A stretch of DNA of 64,000 bases from an uncultured Gammaproteobacteria bacterium. GTDB taxonomy: Bacteria; Cyanobacteriota; Vampirovibrionia; LMEP-6097. Under the pieces are notes generated by a model that was given only the letters and a program-made list of their open reading frames with translations, was not told where the DNA came from and made no database searches. The stretch spans positions 153,458-217,457 of the forward strand of contig CAZFCF010000001.1 in assembly GCA_964517685.1 (NCBI GenBank). The letters run 5' to 3'. This document shows, one piece after another, positions 18,796 to 28,401 of the stretch. Position numbers and translations under genes: made by a program. The number at the start of each line of letters is the position of its first letter. Position 1 is the stretch's first letter.

Positions 18796-19553
18796 GTTCA
18801 AAATTTTTTATCGCAATATTTTTGTTTTTGAATATAGCAGCAGTAGAAGCGGAAACTTTTAAAATTTCTGTAGTTGGTTCTGAGATTAAAAACCTTACAG
18901 CAATTGAACTTAAGCTTGATATTGATCCCGCTGAATCATTTGTTCTTGAAGAGCAGCTTGAAGTTTTTGATTGGGTAAAGAATCCACAAGGTGAACTTGA
19001 AAGACAATCAGCGCAAGCAAGGGTGCTTTATAAAGTTGCTGACCCTGTACACAATTCAATAAGAGTATTTTTCTTTTATCCCAATACTGTTCATCGTTTG
19101 GAAATAGATGGATCGATACTTAGAAGTAACTATAGTGGTGTAGCTTCTATAAAGATCAAAGAAATTAATTACATTTCTGACTTTTCTCTAACTGTTAATC
19201 CAGCTAAATTAAATGCTACTTTTGAATTGACTTCTAGTGAAGAGTCCCTGCCTTATAAAGGAATTTCTAAAGCTGAAATTCTTGGACCTAAGGAAAGAAT
19301 TTTCAATGAAAATATTTTTGTTTCAATTGGCAATATTGAAACTTATGGTTTTAAAATCGATGAGAAAATCAATAAACTTAGAATCAATGGTGTTGAAGCA
19401 AAGTTAATTGACAATACTATTATTGCGGCAAGATTGAAACTCAATATTAATGAGGTTTTGGAGTCATTGCCAATAGTTCTGGAAATTGAAGTTGATAATC
19501 AGACGGTGACTAAAGAAGTCGGAGTTATACACTTCTTTGAAAATTTAAATTAA
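18777..19553 (+). CDS. secreted hypothetical protein
   Basis: signal peptide FFIAIFLFLNIAAVEA; overlaps lpxC by 19 nt; stop codon lies in left arm of MITE copy 2. Confidence 0.5.
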   Translation: MHCQRISSKFFIAIFLFLNIAAVEAETFKISVVGSEIKNLTAIELKLDIDPAESFVLEEQLEVFDWVKNPQGELERQSAQARVLYKVADPVHNSIRVFFFYPNTVHRLEIDGSILRSNYSGVASIKIKEINYISDFSLTVNPAKLNATFELTSSEESLPYKGISKAEILGPKERIFNENIFVSIGNIETYGFKIDEKINKLRINGVEAKLIDNTIIAARLKLNINEVLESLPIVLEIEVDNQTVTKEVGVIHFFENLN

Positions 19554-19773
19554 CCGTAAATAGGCGGTAGAGTTTAATGTGATATTTCATATGGACTCGA
19601 CTACATTTGCTTGGAGCAAATTAAGCTCGTCTTGAAATACGCTTCGCGACCGAAAAATATTCTTAAATGCTTTAAATTTGCGAACTTCGCGACTCGCAAA
19701 TTTGCTTACCAAGCTCATTTACCTCATCTCATATTTATATCAAAATTAAACTCTACCGCCTATTTACGGTTAA
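19551..19773. mobile_element. MITE-like structured element copy 2 (same core, different 29-bp perfect inverted-repeat flanks)
   Basis: ttaaccgtaaataggcggtagagtttaat ... attaaactctaccgcctatttacggttaa flanking core homologous to 14207-14373; lies between convergent gene ends. Confidence 0.7.
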
Positions 19774-19800
19774 AGAATAAATATATATTGAAATAATGAA

Positions 19801-20829
19801 TTAAGCTGCTACTGGTAGCTTAGATCCCACTTGAACTGCAAGATCACAAAGTCTGTTTGAATAACCGTACTCATTGTCGTACCAAGAAACTACTTTCGCT
19901 TGGTTCTCACCAAGAGTCATAGTCATGCTTGCATCAATGATTGATGAGTGTGCATCGCCAGTGAAGTCGATTGATACAACTGCATCTTCAGTGTAGTCAA
20001 GGATACCTTTGAGTTTGCCTTGAGATGCTTCTTTAAGAGCAGCATTGATAGCTTCTTTAGTTACTTTGTTTTTGAAAGTGAATACTACGTCAACAACAGA
20101 AACGTTAGGAGTTGGTACGCGCATTGCATAACCATTAAGTTTGCCATTTAAATGAGGTAATACTAAACCGATAGCTTTAGCAGCACCAGTAGTAGTAGGA
20201 ATCATAGATAGAGCTGCAGCTCTTGATCTTCTTGGATCGCTGTGAGCGTTGTCAAGAAGTCTTTGGTCTGAAGTGTAAGAGTGAATAGTAGTCATGAAAC
20301 CAGTTTCAACTCCGAACTTATCATCCAGAACTTTAGTTAAAGGAGCTAAGCAGTTAGTAGTGCAGCTCGCGTTAGAAATGATGTGGTGCTTAGCTGGATC
20401 ATAGCTTTCACAGTTAACACCTTTAACGATAGTAATATCTTCGTTTGAAGCAGGCGCAGAAATAAGAACTTTCTTAGCACCAGCAGTGATGTGAGCTTTA
20501 GCTTTGTTTGCATCAGTGAATACACCTGAGCACTCAAGAACTATATCTACTCCAAGTTTGTCCCAGCCAATGTTTGCAGGATCTTTCTCTTTTAAAAATG
20601 GTGTCTTTTTGCCATCAATAGTGATTGAATCAGCGCTAGATTCAACAGTACCTTTGTAGCGACCTAGAATACTATCGTATTTAATTAGGTGAGCTGAAAT
20701 TACTGGATCAGAAACAGGGTCGTTAATTGCAACTACTTCTAGAGTGTTTGCGAAGTTCTCATTTAGTGTTCTGAAAACGTTTCTACCAATTCTACCGAAA
20801 CCATTAATACCAACTTTAATCTTAGACAT
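19801..20829 (-). CDS. gap: glyceraldehyde-3-phosphate dehydrogenase
   Basis: INGFGRIGRNVFR Rossmann motif, ASCTTNCLAP active-site Cys. Confidence 0.92.
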   Translation of the reverse strand: MSKIKVGINGFGRIGRNVFRTLNENFANTLEVVAINDPVSDPVISAHLIKYDSILGRYKGTVESSADSITIDGKKTPFLKEKDPANIGWDKLGVDIVLECSGVFTDANKAKAHITAGAKKVLISAPASNEDITIVKGVNCESYDPAKHHIISNASCTTNCLAPLTKVLDDKFGVETGFMTTIHSYTSDQRLLDNAHSDPRRSRAAALSMIPTTTGAAKAIGLVLPHLNGKLNGYAMRVPTPNVSVVDVVFTFKNKVTKEAINAALKEASQGKLKGILDYTEDAVVSIDFTGDAHSSIIDASMTMTLGENQAKVVSWYDNEYGYSNRLCDLAVQVGSKLPVAA

Positions 20830-20904
20830 GAGGCTGATTATAACAATATTAGTTTCTTATTAGAAGCTGGAAAATTATTCTTATCATATTTTTTTAAGTA
20901 TTTT

Positions 20905-22059
20905 GTGTCATTGCGAGCCATCGAAGATGGCGTGGCAATCCAGTTAGCAAGTAGATTCTGGCAATCTGGATCGCCACAGCTGCTACGCAGCTTCGCGATG
21001 ACGGCGTTTGTTCTGTTAATATGGAATCTTATGACCCCTTCTGGTCTAAAAACCTGGTTACCATCTGATGTTCGCAAGCAAGAATATCTTAGTAGCACGC
21101 TGGTTAATTTATATGAGAGTTTTGGTTATGAACCCATAGTTATTCCTACTATTGTGGATTTATCCGTTGTTGAAAAAGCTAACTCTAAATTTAGTGCCGA
21201 TGTTTTTAAACTTCTCGATAGAGACGGTAAAACCCTTGCACTGCGAACTGAATTAACTCAACCTATCGCGAAGACCATAGCTCTACGTTCTGATGAAATT
21301 AAATTCCCAATTAAACTTTATTACAATTCAAATGTATTTAGATATAAAGGTATCGCTACTGATGATTCACGGGAGATTCAGCAAGTAGGTATTGAATACT
21401 TTGGTTCCAAAGAAAATCAAAATTTTTCCGATCATGAAGTTATTCACTTATTAATAGAATCAGCTCTAAAATTAGGTTTGAAAGATTTCAAAATCACTAT
21501 CACTCATGCTGCAATTTGGAAAAGAGTTTTTGAGTTATGCGATCAAGAATCTTTGGGGCTAGGCTCTAAAGCTTATAACTTCCTCTTGGACGGTGATCTA
21601 GTTGCATTTAGAAAACTTGCTGAAAAAAATCCCCTATTGAAATTAATTCTAGAATCGGATGATATTAGTAAATTTGAAGCTGAATTGAAACTTGATTTAT
21701 CTCTCTTAAAGTCGCTTCTAGAGAATAATCCAGAGTATTTAAGTTTTGATCCTCTGCAATGTCCTGATCTAAATCTTTATACTGGAATTCATTTTAGTCT
21801 TTACTGTGCTGGTGAAGGCAAGCTCATTGCTATGGGTGGTAGATATGATAATTTGTGTAAATCTTTTGGAGCGGATTTACCGGCAATAGGTTTTGCCTTC
21901 TACGTTCCAAGATTGCTGAAAATTTTACTTGAAAGAAATTTATTAGAAGAAAGTTCTGTGAAATTGAGTGTGCTAAAGCCAAGCGCTACTTGGAAAGAAA
22001 CTTTAAATGAAATTAGAAAACTTATACACACAAGGAATAGAGTCTTTCTTAAAGACTAA
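20905..22059 (+). CDS. hisZ: ATP phosphoribosyltransferase regulatory subunit (HisRS paralogue)
   Basis: class-II aaRS-like core without anticodon-binding domain, directly upstream of short-form hisG; real start likely ATG ~21034 (MTPSGLKTWLPSDVRKQEY). Confidence 0.75.
   Translation: MSLRAIEDGVAIQLASRFWQSGSPQLLRSFAMTAFVLLIWNLMTPSGLKTWLPSDVRKQEYLSSTLVNLYESFGYEPIVIPTIVDLSVVEKANSKFSADVFKLLDRDGKTLALRTELTQPIAKTIALRSDEIKFPIKLYYNSNVFRYKGIATDDSREIQQVGIEYFGSKENQNFSDHEVIHLLIESALKLGLKDFKITITHAAIWKRVFELCDQESLGLGSKAYNFLLDGDLVAFRKLAEKNPLLKLILESDDISKFEAELKLDLSLLKSLLENNPEYLSFDPLQCPDLNLYTGIHFSLYCAGEGKLIAMGGRYDNLCKSFGADLPAIGFAFYVPRLLKILLERNLLEESSVKLSVLKPSATWKETLNEIRKLIHTRNRVFLKD
20907..21003. repeat. palindromic repeat (GTCATTGCGAG..CGTGGCAATCC + degenerate inverted half ..CGCGATGAC)
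   Basis: creates the spurious N-terminal extension MSLRAIEDGVAIQ of hisZ ORF. Confidence 0.8.
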
Positions 22060-22072
22060 TGGTTGAGAAAAT

Positions 22073-22705
22073 ATGGTCGCTAAGAAAAAAATTAAAATTG
22101 CAATTTCAAAAGGTTCTTTACTCGTTGGAGCTATAGAGTTTCTTCAAGAAAAAAATGTTGAGATTCTTGGTTTGGAAAATAACCGGAAGTTGATTCTTGA
22201 AACTCGCTTGCCAAAAGGCTTTGGCTTTGATGAAATAGAAATTTTATTGGTGCGTGGGCATGATGTGCCTGTCTATGTAGATCATGGTGCTGCTGATTTA
22301 GGTATAGTTGGTAGTGATGTAATTCTGGATTCTAAGACCAATGTTATTCAGCTCAAAGACCTAGGTTATGGTCAATGCAAGCTTTGTGTCTGCGCACCTA
22401 AAGGTAAGTTTAAATCTTTGTCGGACTTGCCAAGTTACACCAGAGTCGCTACGACCTTCCCTATAATTAGTAAGAATTTTTTTGATGCGCAGGGTCTGGA
22501 TGTGGAGATCATAAATCTCTATGGTTCAGTAGAACTCGGACCCCTTACTGGCTTAAGTGATGTCATTGTCGATTTAGTTGCCAGTGGTAAAACTTTAGAA
22601 GAAAATGGTCTTGAGATAATTCATGAGATTATACCTTGTACTGCAAGGTTGATTGCAAGCCAGGCTGCGTTTAAATTGTATAAACATGAATTGTTGAAAT
22701 TTTAG
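22073..22705 (+). CDS. hisG: ATP phosphoribosyltransferase, short form
   Basis: 210 aa; length and position after hisZ are those of short-form HisG. Confidence 0.85.
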   Translation: MVAKKKIKIAISKGSLLVGAIEFLQEKNVEILGLENNRKLILETRLPKGFGFDEIEILLVRGHDVPVYVDHGAADLGIVGSDVILDSKTNVIQLKDLGYGQCKLCVCAPKGKFKSLSDLPSYTRVATTFPIISKNFFDAQGLDVEIINLYGSVELGPLTGLSDVIVDLVASGKTLEENGLEIIHEIIPCTARLIASQAAFKLYKHELLKF

Positions 22706-22762
22706 CGGTTTTAGTTCTGCATATATGGTTATTTTTTAGTTGTTTATGAGTATAATTTACTC

Positions 22763-23083
22763 ATGCAGAAAAAAACAAAACAGCCGAAAAGATTACAATT
22801 ACAAATTCCTTTGGAGCTTTATAATGAGGCTAATACAAGGTCAGATGAACTTGGCTTTAATTCTATTAACCAAGTTATGAAATTAATGTTGCAAGGTTTT
22901 GTTAAAAAAGAAATTAGTTTTGGTTTTTTTAATACTACTGATACTAATTCAGCACCCTTTGTAGATTTAAATACTGAAAAAAGAATTGCTGAGAATGTTA
23001 AAGAGTATCGTGAAGGAAAGGTTTATCGGATTAATATGAAAAAAAATAGTTTAGAACAATTGAAAACGATACTAGATGAATAA
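22763..23083 (+). CDS. RelB/DinJ-like antitoxin (RHH)
   Basis: small ORF overlapping toxin by 8 nt; beta-strand LQLQIP followed by two helices typical of RHH. Confidence 0.45.
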   Translation: MQKKTKQPKRLQLQIPLELYNEANTRSDELGFNSINQVMKLMLQGFVKKEISFGFFNTTDTNSAPFVDLNTEKRIAENVKEYREGKVYRINMKKNSLEQLKTILDE

Positions 23084-23378
23084 TGAATCCAAATACGATA
23101 TTGAATTTTCTGAGCCCTTTAGAAAATCATTGAAAAAATTAATTAAGAGTCATCGTTTATCTCTTGATAAATTTAATAGAATTTTGTTAGTTCTTGCAGC
23201 TGATCCTTTTGCAAAAAATTTATTTACTCACAAAGTTAATACTAGAATTTTAGGTATTCGCTATAGTTCCAGAATTGATGGGGATTTGAGGCTAATATGG
23301 GAGCTTCAAGAAAAAAAACTTATTATACTTTTGCTTGATATTGGTGGACATTCTGGTGCTAAAAAGGTTTACAAATAA
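23076..23378 (+). CDS. RelE/ParE-superfamily toxin (YafQ-like)
   Basis: 100 aa; F..S..FRKSLKKL...LGIRYSSRIDGDLRLIWELQEKKLIILLLDIGGHS pattern of RelE/YafQ mRNA interferases. Confidence 0.55.
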   Translation: MNNESKYDIEFSEPFRKSLKKLIKSHRLSLDKFNRILLVLAADPFAKNLFTHKVNTRILGIRYSSRIDGDLRLIWELQEKKLIILLLDIGGHSGAKKVYK

Positions 23379-23412
23379 GATTTAAGATACTGGATGATAG
23401 AATTAAAGCACT

Positions 23413-24168
23413 ATGGATAAAAAACAAAGATTATTACTAGATTTAAAAAACAAAACTGCGCTTAAAGTGATTGCAGGTATAAGAAATTTTGATTTAGCGA
23501 ATGTTATGAAGATTGTCGGCGCTGCTGAACATATGGGCGCAACTTGCGTAGACATCTCTGCAAATGAAGCTATTGTTGAAGCGGCGGTTGCAAAAGCAAA
23601 TCGTACAGCGATCTGTGTTTCAGCTGTTGATGTTGATGAACTTATTGCTGCTGAGAATTTAGGCGCAGATATGCTTGAGCTTGGTAACTATGAAGCTTTC
23701 TATGAAGATGGAATTTATTTCAGCGCTGAGCAAGTATTGATGCTGGCTACTGAGTTAATGACTAGAAAAAAATCCGCTTTGGTTTCGGTAACTATCCCAG
23801 GTCATTTAGATGTGGCTGCTCAAGTGGATTTAGCAGTTAAATTAGAAGAACTTGGTGTGGATTTAATCCAAACTGAAGGTGCAACTTTAGTTGAAGCTAC
23901 AAGCCCATCTGCACTTGGTCAAATCGAGAAAGCAAGATTGACTTTAGCTAACACTATTGAGCTTGCTAAATCTCTTGAAAAAACTTTCATCATTACTGCA
24001 TCTGCAATGACACCTGATACTGTGAAGCTTGCAATCGCTGCTGGTGCTCATGGTGTGGGTGTTGGTAAGTATGTAAACCGTTTGGAGTCTGAGATTGAGA
24101 TCTGTGCTGCGATTGGACAATTACAAGAAAGCTTAGTAGGCAAATCACAATCTACTGTACTTAACTAA
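23413..24168 (+). CDS. conserved hypothetical, TIM-barrel-like (possibly DUF561/Ycf23-like)
   Basis: alternating beta/alpha pattern, LKVIAGIRNFD..CVDISA..IQTEGA; family assignment from memory only. Confidence 0.3.
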   Translation: MDKKQRLLLDLKNKTALKVIAGIRNFDLANVMKIVGAAEHMGATCVDISANEAIVEAAVAKANRTAICVSAVDVDELIAAENLGADMLELGNYEAFYEDGIYFSAEQVLMLATELMTRKKSALVSVTIPGHLDVAAQVDLAVKLEELGVDLIQTEGATLVEATSPSALGQIEKARLTLANTIELAKSLEKTFIITASAMTPDTVKLAIAAGAHGVGVGKYVNRLESEIEICAAIGQLQESLVGKSQSTVLN

Positions 24169-24170
24169 TA

Positions 24171-25325
24171 TTGATTAAAAAACTTGATAAATATATCCTT
24201 TCAGAGTTCTGGCTACCTCTAGTAGCCGGAGCTGGGATTATTACAGGTGTTTGGTTAGGGATTGATAAATTCAAAGATGTATTTAAACTTTTGGCTAAAT
24301 CAGGCGCGCCGATTGCTACTGGTGTAGTGGTTTTGGGTTTAGAGATACCGCATATTCTTTCTATAACTTTACCGATTAGCATTTTGCTTGCGACATTTCT
24401 TACGTTCCAGAAACTTTCATCGCAATCAGAAATTATTGCAATTCGCGCTGCAGGTGTGAGTTTCACGCGATTGATGCGACCGGTAATTTTTCTTGGACTT
24501 ATAGGGGCGGCACTAAGTTTCTTTTTGAGCGAGTTTGTGGTACCGATCACGACTCCTTTTGCTAAGAAAATTTATACTCTCGCGCTTTACAAAGACCCCA
24601 TCTCTACTAAAGGTGTTGCCGGTTTTAGTTATTTCGAGAGAGATTCAGATGATGCGATTAGAAGAATTTTCTATGTGAAAACTTTTAAAAAAACTAAGCT
24701 CTCAGATATTTTGATTTTGGATTTTTCTAAAAACAATACTTCAATGATTCATACTGCTCAAACTGGTAAGTGGGATCCTGAGCAAGGTGGTTGGGTTCTC
24801 TATGATGGTATGAGTAGCTATATTAAATTAGCGGATCAAAAGAAAAGAAAGAAAGATATGCTTGAGGGTAAAATGTCAGGTGAAAGCCATTTGGTGACTA
24901 CATTCCAGAAGACCTTTATTCCAAGTAGCCTGAATCCAAATGAGATTTTGAATAACATTAATAATGTACGTGATATGAATTTCTTGGAGCTGAGACATTA
25001 TATCGGTGTCCATGAGAAAGGAAGAATTATTACCGATAAACTTGATGAGTTTAAAACCAAGTACTTTAATAAATACGCTTATCCGTTTTCTTGTTTAATG
25101 CTTGCGGTAATTGGTGCGTGTCTGGGAATTACTGGACGTCGTCGTGCGATTAACTGGGGATATATTGTTATCGGTTTAGTTGTATTTGTGTTCTATATGT
25201 CTGAATCAATGTTTGATTCATTTGGTAGTTCTGGAAGAATAATGCCAGTGATTGCGGTTTGGTTGCCGAATCTGGTGCTTGCTGTGATTGCACTGTCTGC
25301 GTATTTATATCGCGCAAGAATTTAA
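24171..25325 (+). CDS. LPS export permease LptF/LptG (YjgP/YjgQ family)
   Basis: MIKKLDKYILSEFWLPLVAG start, 6 TM with large periplasmic loop. Confidence 0.7.
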   Translation: MIKKLDKYILSEFWLPLVAGAGIITGVWLGIDKFKDVFKLLAKSGAPIATGVVVLGLEIPHILSITLPISILLATFLTFQKLSSQSEIIAIRAAGVSFTRLMRPVIFLGLIGAALSFFLSEFVVPITTPFAKKIYTLALYKDPISTKGVAGFSYFERDSDDAIRRIFYVKTFKKTKLSDILILDFSKNNTSMIHTAQTGKWDPEQGGWVLYDGMSSYIKLADQKKRKKDMLEGKMSGESHLVTTFQKTFIPSSLNPNEILNNINNVRDMNFLELRHYIGVHEKGRIITDKLDEFKTKYFNKYAYPFSCLMLAVIGACLGITGRRRAINWGYIVIGLVVFVFYMSESMFDSFGSSGRIMPVIAVWLPNLVLAVIALSAYLYRARI

Positions 25326-25363
25326 CTTATCTTGAAAAGTGAATTGTAAAGACGCGGCCCCAA

Positions 25364-25789
25364 TTAACCGAAGCTTACTCCACCAGGACCGAAGTTATCT
25401 TCGTTTTCTGGAGCTAAGTCTAAACCTTTAATAGCATTGATTTGATTTTGCGCAACAATATCACTAAGGAAAGATTCACTTTGACCGGTGTCTGCTAATT
25501 TAAATGGATCACCATCAACATTACGTTCAATAAAATTTACAGCGGATGCATAGACTGCTTGACCTAACTCTCCAGCACTTGGTAATTTAAGATTTTTACC
25601 ATCACTGGAAGTAAAAGTATCTGAAATTGGTTTTAAAAAATTACTTGAACTGGATAAAGCCGTACCTTTGATAGGACTTTTATTAGCTTTGAGTGAGGTA
25701 TCTTTTTTTTCACCAGCAATAGTTCTAATGTCATAACCAGTGGTTATTTGTGATGCTGCAAAATTGTCGGGTATGCTTTCGCCAGCCAT
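25364..25789 (-). CDS. hypothetical protein
   Basis: 141-aa ORF downstream of serS. Confidence 0.35.
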   Translation of the reverse strand: MAGESIPDNFAASQITTGYDIRTIAGEKKDTSLKANKSPIKGTALSSSSNFLKPISDTFTSSDGKNLKLPSAGELGQAVYASAVNFIERNVDGDPFKLADTGQSESFLSDIVAQNQINAIKGLDLAPENEDNFGPGGVSFG

Positions 25790-25858
25790 AAATTATCTTC
25801 TCAAATGAATTTACCTACAAAGTTATATTTACAAAGCAAGGTTAAGTTTGGGTTAAGT

Positions 25859-25932
25859 GTCATTCTGAGGAGCGAAGCGACGTGAGAATCCAGTCTTTAG
25901 TAAGTGGATTGCTTCGCTATGCTCGCAATGAC
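25859..25932. repeat. palindromic repeat (GTCATTCTGAGG..CGTGAGAATCC + GGATTGCTTCG..CTCGCAATGAC)
   Basis: overlaps the last 5 codons and stop of serS. Confidence 0.85.
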
Positions 25933-27206
25933 GCAGAAATAACTGAAAGTCCACCAAGATATGGTCTCAAAACCTCAGGCACAGTCACAGAGCCATCTTC
26001 ATTCTGGTAGTTTTCTAAAATAGCAGCCACAGTTCTACCCACTGCAAGACCTGAGCCGTTAATGGTGTGAACTAATTCTGCTTTAGCTCCTGCATCACGT
26101 TTGAAACGGATTTGGGCACGGCGTGATTGAAAATCTAGAAAGTTACTGCAACTTGAAATCTCTCTGTATTTGTTTTGACCTGGGAACCAAACCTCTAAGT
26201 CATAGCATTTGCTGGTACTAAAACTCATGTCGCCAGTGCAAAGTAACATTTTACGATAAGGCAATCCAAGCGCTTGAAGAATTGATTCAGCATCTTTAGT
26301 AAGCTGCTCGTGAAGTACTTCACTTTCTTCAGGGCGGCAGATCTTCACGAGCTCAACTTTATTGAATTGATGTTGGCGAATAATGCCGCGTGTATCTTTA
26401 GATGCGGCACCAGCCTCTGCTCTAAAGCATGGTGTATATGCACAAAAGTTTAGAGGCAAAACTGCATTGTCTAAAATTTCATCGCGATGAATATTGGTCA
26501 AAGGTACTTCTGCAGTAGGAATAAGATATAAATCTTCTTCTTGAACTCTGAAGAGATCTTCTTCGAATTTTGGTAATTGCCCAGTGCCATGTAAAGATGC
26601 TGAGTTAGCAAGAAAAGGTGGAAGCATTTCTTTGTAACCATTTTTGCTAGCTTGGTCTAGCATGAAATTAATTAAAGCTCTTTCAAGTTTTGCACCAACT
26701 CCTTGTACTAAAGTAAATCTACTTTTGGCAATTTTTACACCACGTTCAAAATCAAAAATCCCTAAAGCTAAACCGATCTCATCATGATCCTTTGCGGTGA
26801 AATTGAAAACTCTTGGTGTGTCATGTTTGTAAATTTCTTGATTATCATTTTCATCTTTGCCTTGTGGCACAGACTCTTGTGGTGCATTTGGAAGGTCTAA
26901 TAAGATTGCCATTTGCCTAGAATGGAGTTCTGGTTCTTTATCGGCAATAGCTTTGAGAGAATTTTTGATTTGATTTAATTCTTCGATTTCGGCATCGGCA
27001 TTTTCGCCTTTGGATTTTTTCATGCCGACAGTTTTAGAAAGTTGATTGCGGCTTGCCTCTAGTTTTTCTTTTTCTTGAAGTGCGAGGCGGTGTTCTTCGT
27101 CGATTTTGATCAGTTCATCAATAAGAGGTGCCCATAAGGAATTTCTTCTACTAAGTAATTCTTTGATTTTATTGGGCTCTTTTCTTATAAGTTTGAGATC
27201 TAACAT
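25917..27206 (-). CDS. serS: seryl-tRNA synthetase
   Basis: MLDLKLIRKEPNKIKELL N-terminal coiled coil, class II motifs; C-terminal SASLRA* is repeat-encoded. Confidence 0.9.
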   Translation of the reverse strand: MLDLKLIRKEPNKIKELLSRRNSLWAPLIDELIKIDEEHRLALQEKEKLEASRNQLSKTVGMKKSKGENADAEIEELNQIKNSLKAIADKEPELHSRQMAILLDLPNAPQESVPQGKDENDNQEIYKHDTPRVFNFTAKDHDEIGLALGIFDFERGVKIAKSRFTLVQGVGAKLERALINFMLDQASKNGYKEMLPPFLANSASLHGTGQLPKFEEDLFRVQEEDLYLIPTAEVPLTNIHRDEILDNAVLPLNFCAYTPCFRAEAGAASKDTRGIIRQHQFNKVELVKICRPEESEVLHEQLTKDAESILQALGLPYRKMLLCTGDMSFSTSKCYDLEVWFPGQNKYREISSCSNFLDFQSRRAQIRFKRDAGAKAELVHTINGSGLAVGRTVAAILENYQNEDGSVTVPEVLRPYLGGLSVISASLRA

Positions 27207-27354
27207 AATGATGGACTTTAATTGGAAAATCTGTTACGAAAGCTTAGCTTGAGTTAAAACAGATTTCTCAAAAAGCTCTAAAACCGAAGGTTTTAGCAGA
27301 GTCGCCTGAAAGGGATTTACTCCCTTTCGTGCGACTCTATTATAAACTAAATTT

Positions 27355-28122
27355 ATGCCTCGTGTTTATAGGTTTTTTTTGAATGCTGAAGATAGTCTCT
27401 CTGGGACAGAAGTCTTAATCAAAAACAAAGATTTATTACAGCAAATGACCAAAGTTTTGAGACTTAAAAGTGACTCTCCTGAAATCATTGAATTCCTTGA
27501 TGGTTCAGGTAAAGTACTAAGGTCTCGTTGTGAGGAGGTTTCTTCTAAAGAGGCGCGATTTATTGTTACTGAAAAATATTTATCGCAAAGAGAATTGCAA
27601 ACGAAAATTATTTTCTTGGTGCCGGTAATCAAACTTGAAGCTTTTGAATTTATGCTGCGTAAGTTAACTGAACTAGGTGTGCAAAGCTTTATACCTATTG
27701 CTTTTGAGCGTAGTCAAAAACAAAATATCTCTGCAATTAATTCAGCGAAAAATAAACTGCGCTTGAATAAAATTATGCAAGAAGCTGTAGAACAGTGTGA
27801 AGGTGCGATTTTGCCGGTACTTTGTGAAACTATTAGCAGTGATAGGATTCCTTTACTCTTTAATAGAGCTGGTGGTTTGAGAATTTTTGCTTCTGAGAAA
27901 CTTGCAGATGGAGTTGAACAAGATTTAGAATTGAAGTTTGAATTAATTAGGGAATGTGCCGAAGCAAAAAAAATATTTCTGCTGGTAGGTCCTGAAGGTG
28001 GTTTGACTGATAAAGAAATTTCTCTACTTAAGCAGTTTAAATTTAAAGATATTGGGCTGGGTAAGAGATTTCTCAAGGCTGAGACTGCAGCTATTAGCTT
28101 GTTTGCAAGCCTAAATATTTAA
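27355..28122 (+). CDS. rsmE: 16S rRNA (uracil1498-N3)-methyltransferase
   Basis: PUA-like N-domain plus SPOUT C-domain (LLVGPEGGLTDKEI). Confidence 0.7.
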   Translation: MPRVYRFFLNAEDSLSGTEVLIKNKDLLQQMTKVLRLKSDSPEIIEFLDGSGKVLRSRCEEVSSKEARFIVTEKYLSQRELQTKIIFLVPVIKLEAFEFMLRKLTELGVQSFIPIAFERSQKQNISAINSAKNKLRLNKIMQEAVEQCEGAILPVLCETISSDRIPLLFNRAGGLRIFASEKLADGVEQDLELKFELIRECAEAKKIFLLVGPEGGLTDKEISLLKQFKFKDIGLGKRFLKAETAAISLFASLNI

Positions 28123-28124
28123 AT

Positions 28125-28184
28125 GAATTGCCACGCCACTTCGTGGCTCGCAATGACGACTCTTGTTCAGGGCTCAGGATGACG
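28125..28184. repeat. palindromic repeat (GAATTGCCACG..GCTCGCAATGAC..GCTCAGGATGAC)
   Basis: modules shared with other copies; starts 3 nt after rsmE stop. Confidence 0.8.
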
Positions 28185-28401
28185 ACCGAACCTTAAAATT
28201 ATTTAATAAAACCTAGGCAAAAAAGACTAGTCCTTTAAACCTAGCTTAACCAAAGCAACCAATAAGAGATACACGTAAGCAAGAATTAAACCTAAACTCT
28301 GGGAGGGGTGGAGGCTATATTCTTAAAAATTTAGACTTTGTTGTGCTAGCAAAGCTGAGTCACAACAGGGTCTAAAAAATACTAAATACCGGGGGAATGG
28401 A

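Noticed and set aside
23413-24168. Confident assignment of 23413..24168 to Ycf23/DUF561
   Set aside because: The resemblance is from memory of motif patterns only; kept as a low-confidence note rather than a call.
28190-28400. Search for tmRNA, SRP RNA and 6S RNA in GC-richer intergenic segments
   Set aside because: No GGTTCGAATCC/..CCA tmRNA 3' end, no AGGUCCGGAAGGAAGCAGC SRP motif found by eye; they are probably outside the window.
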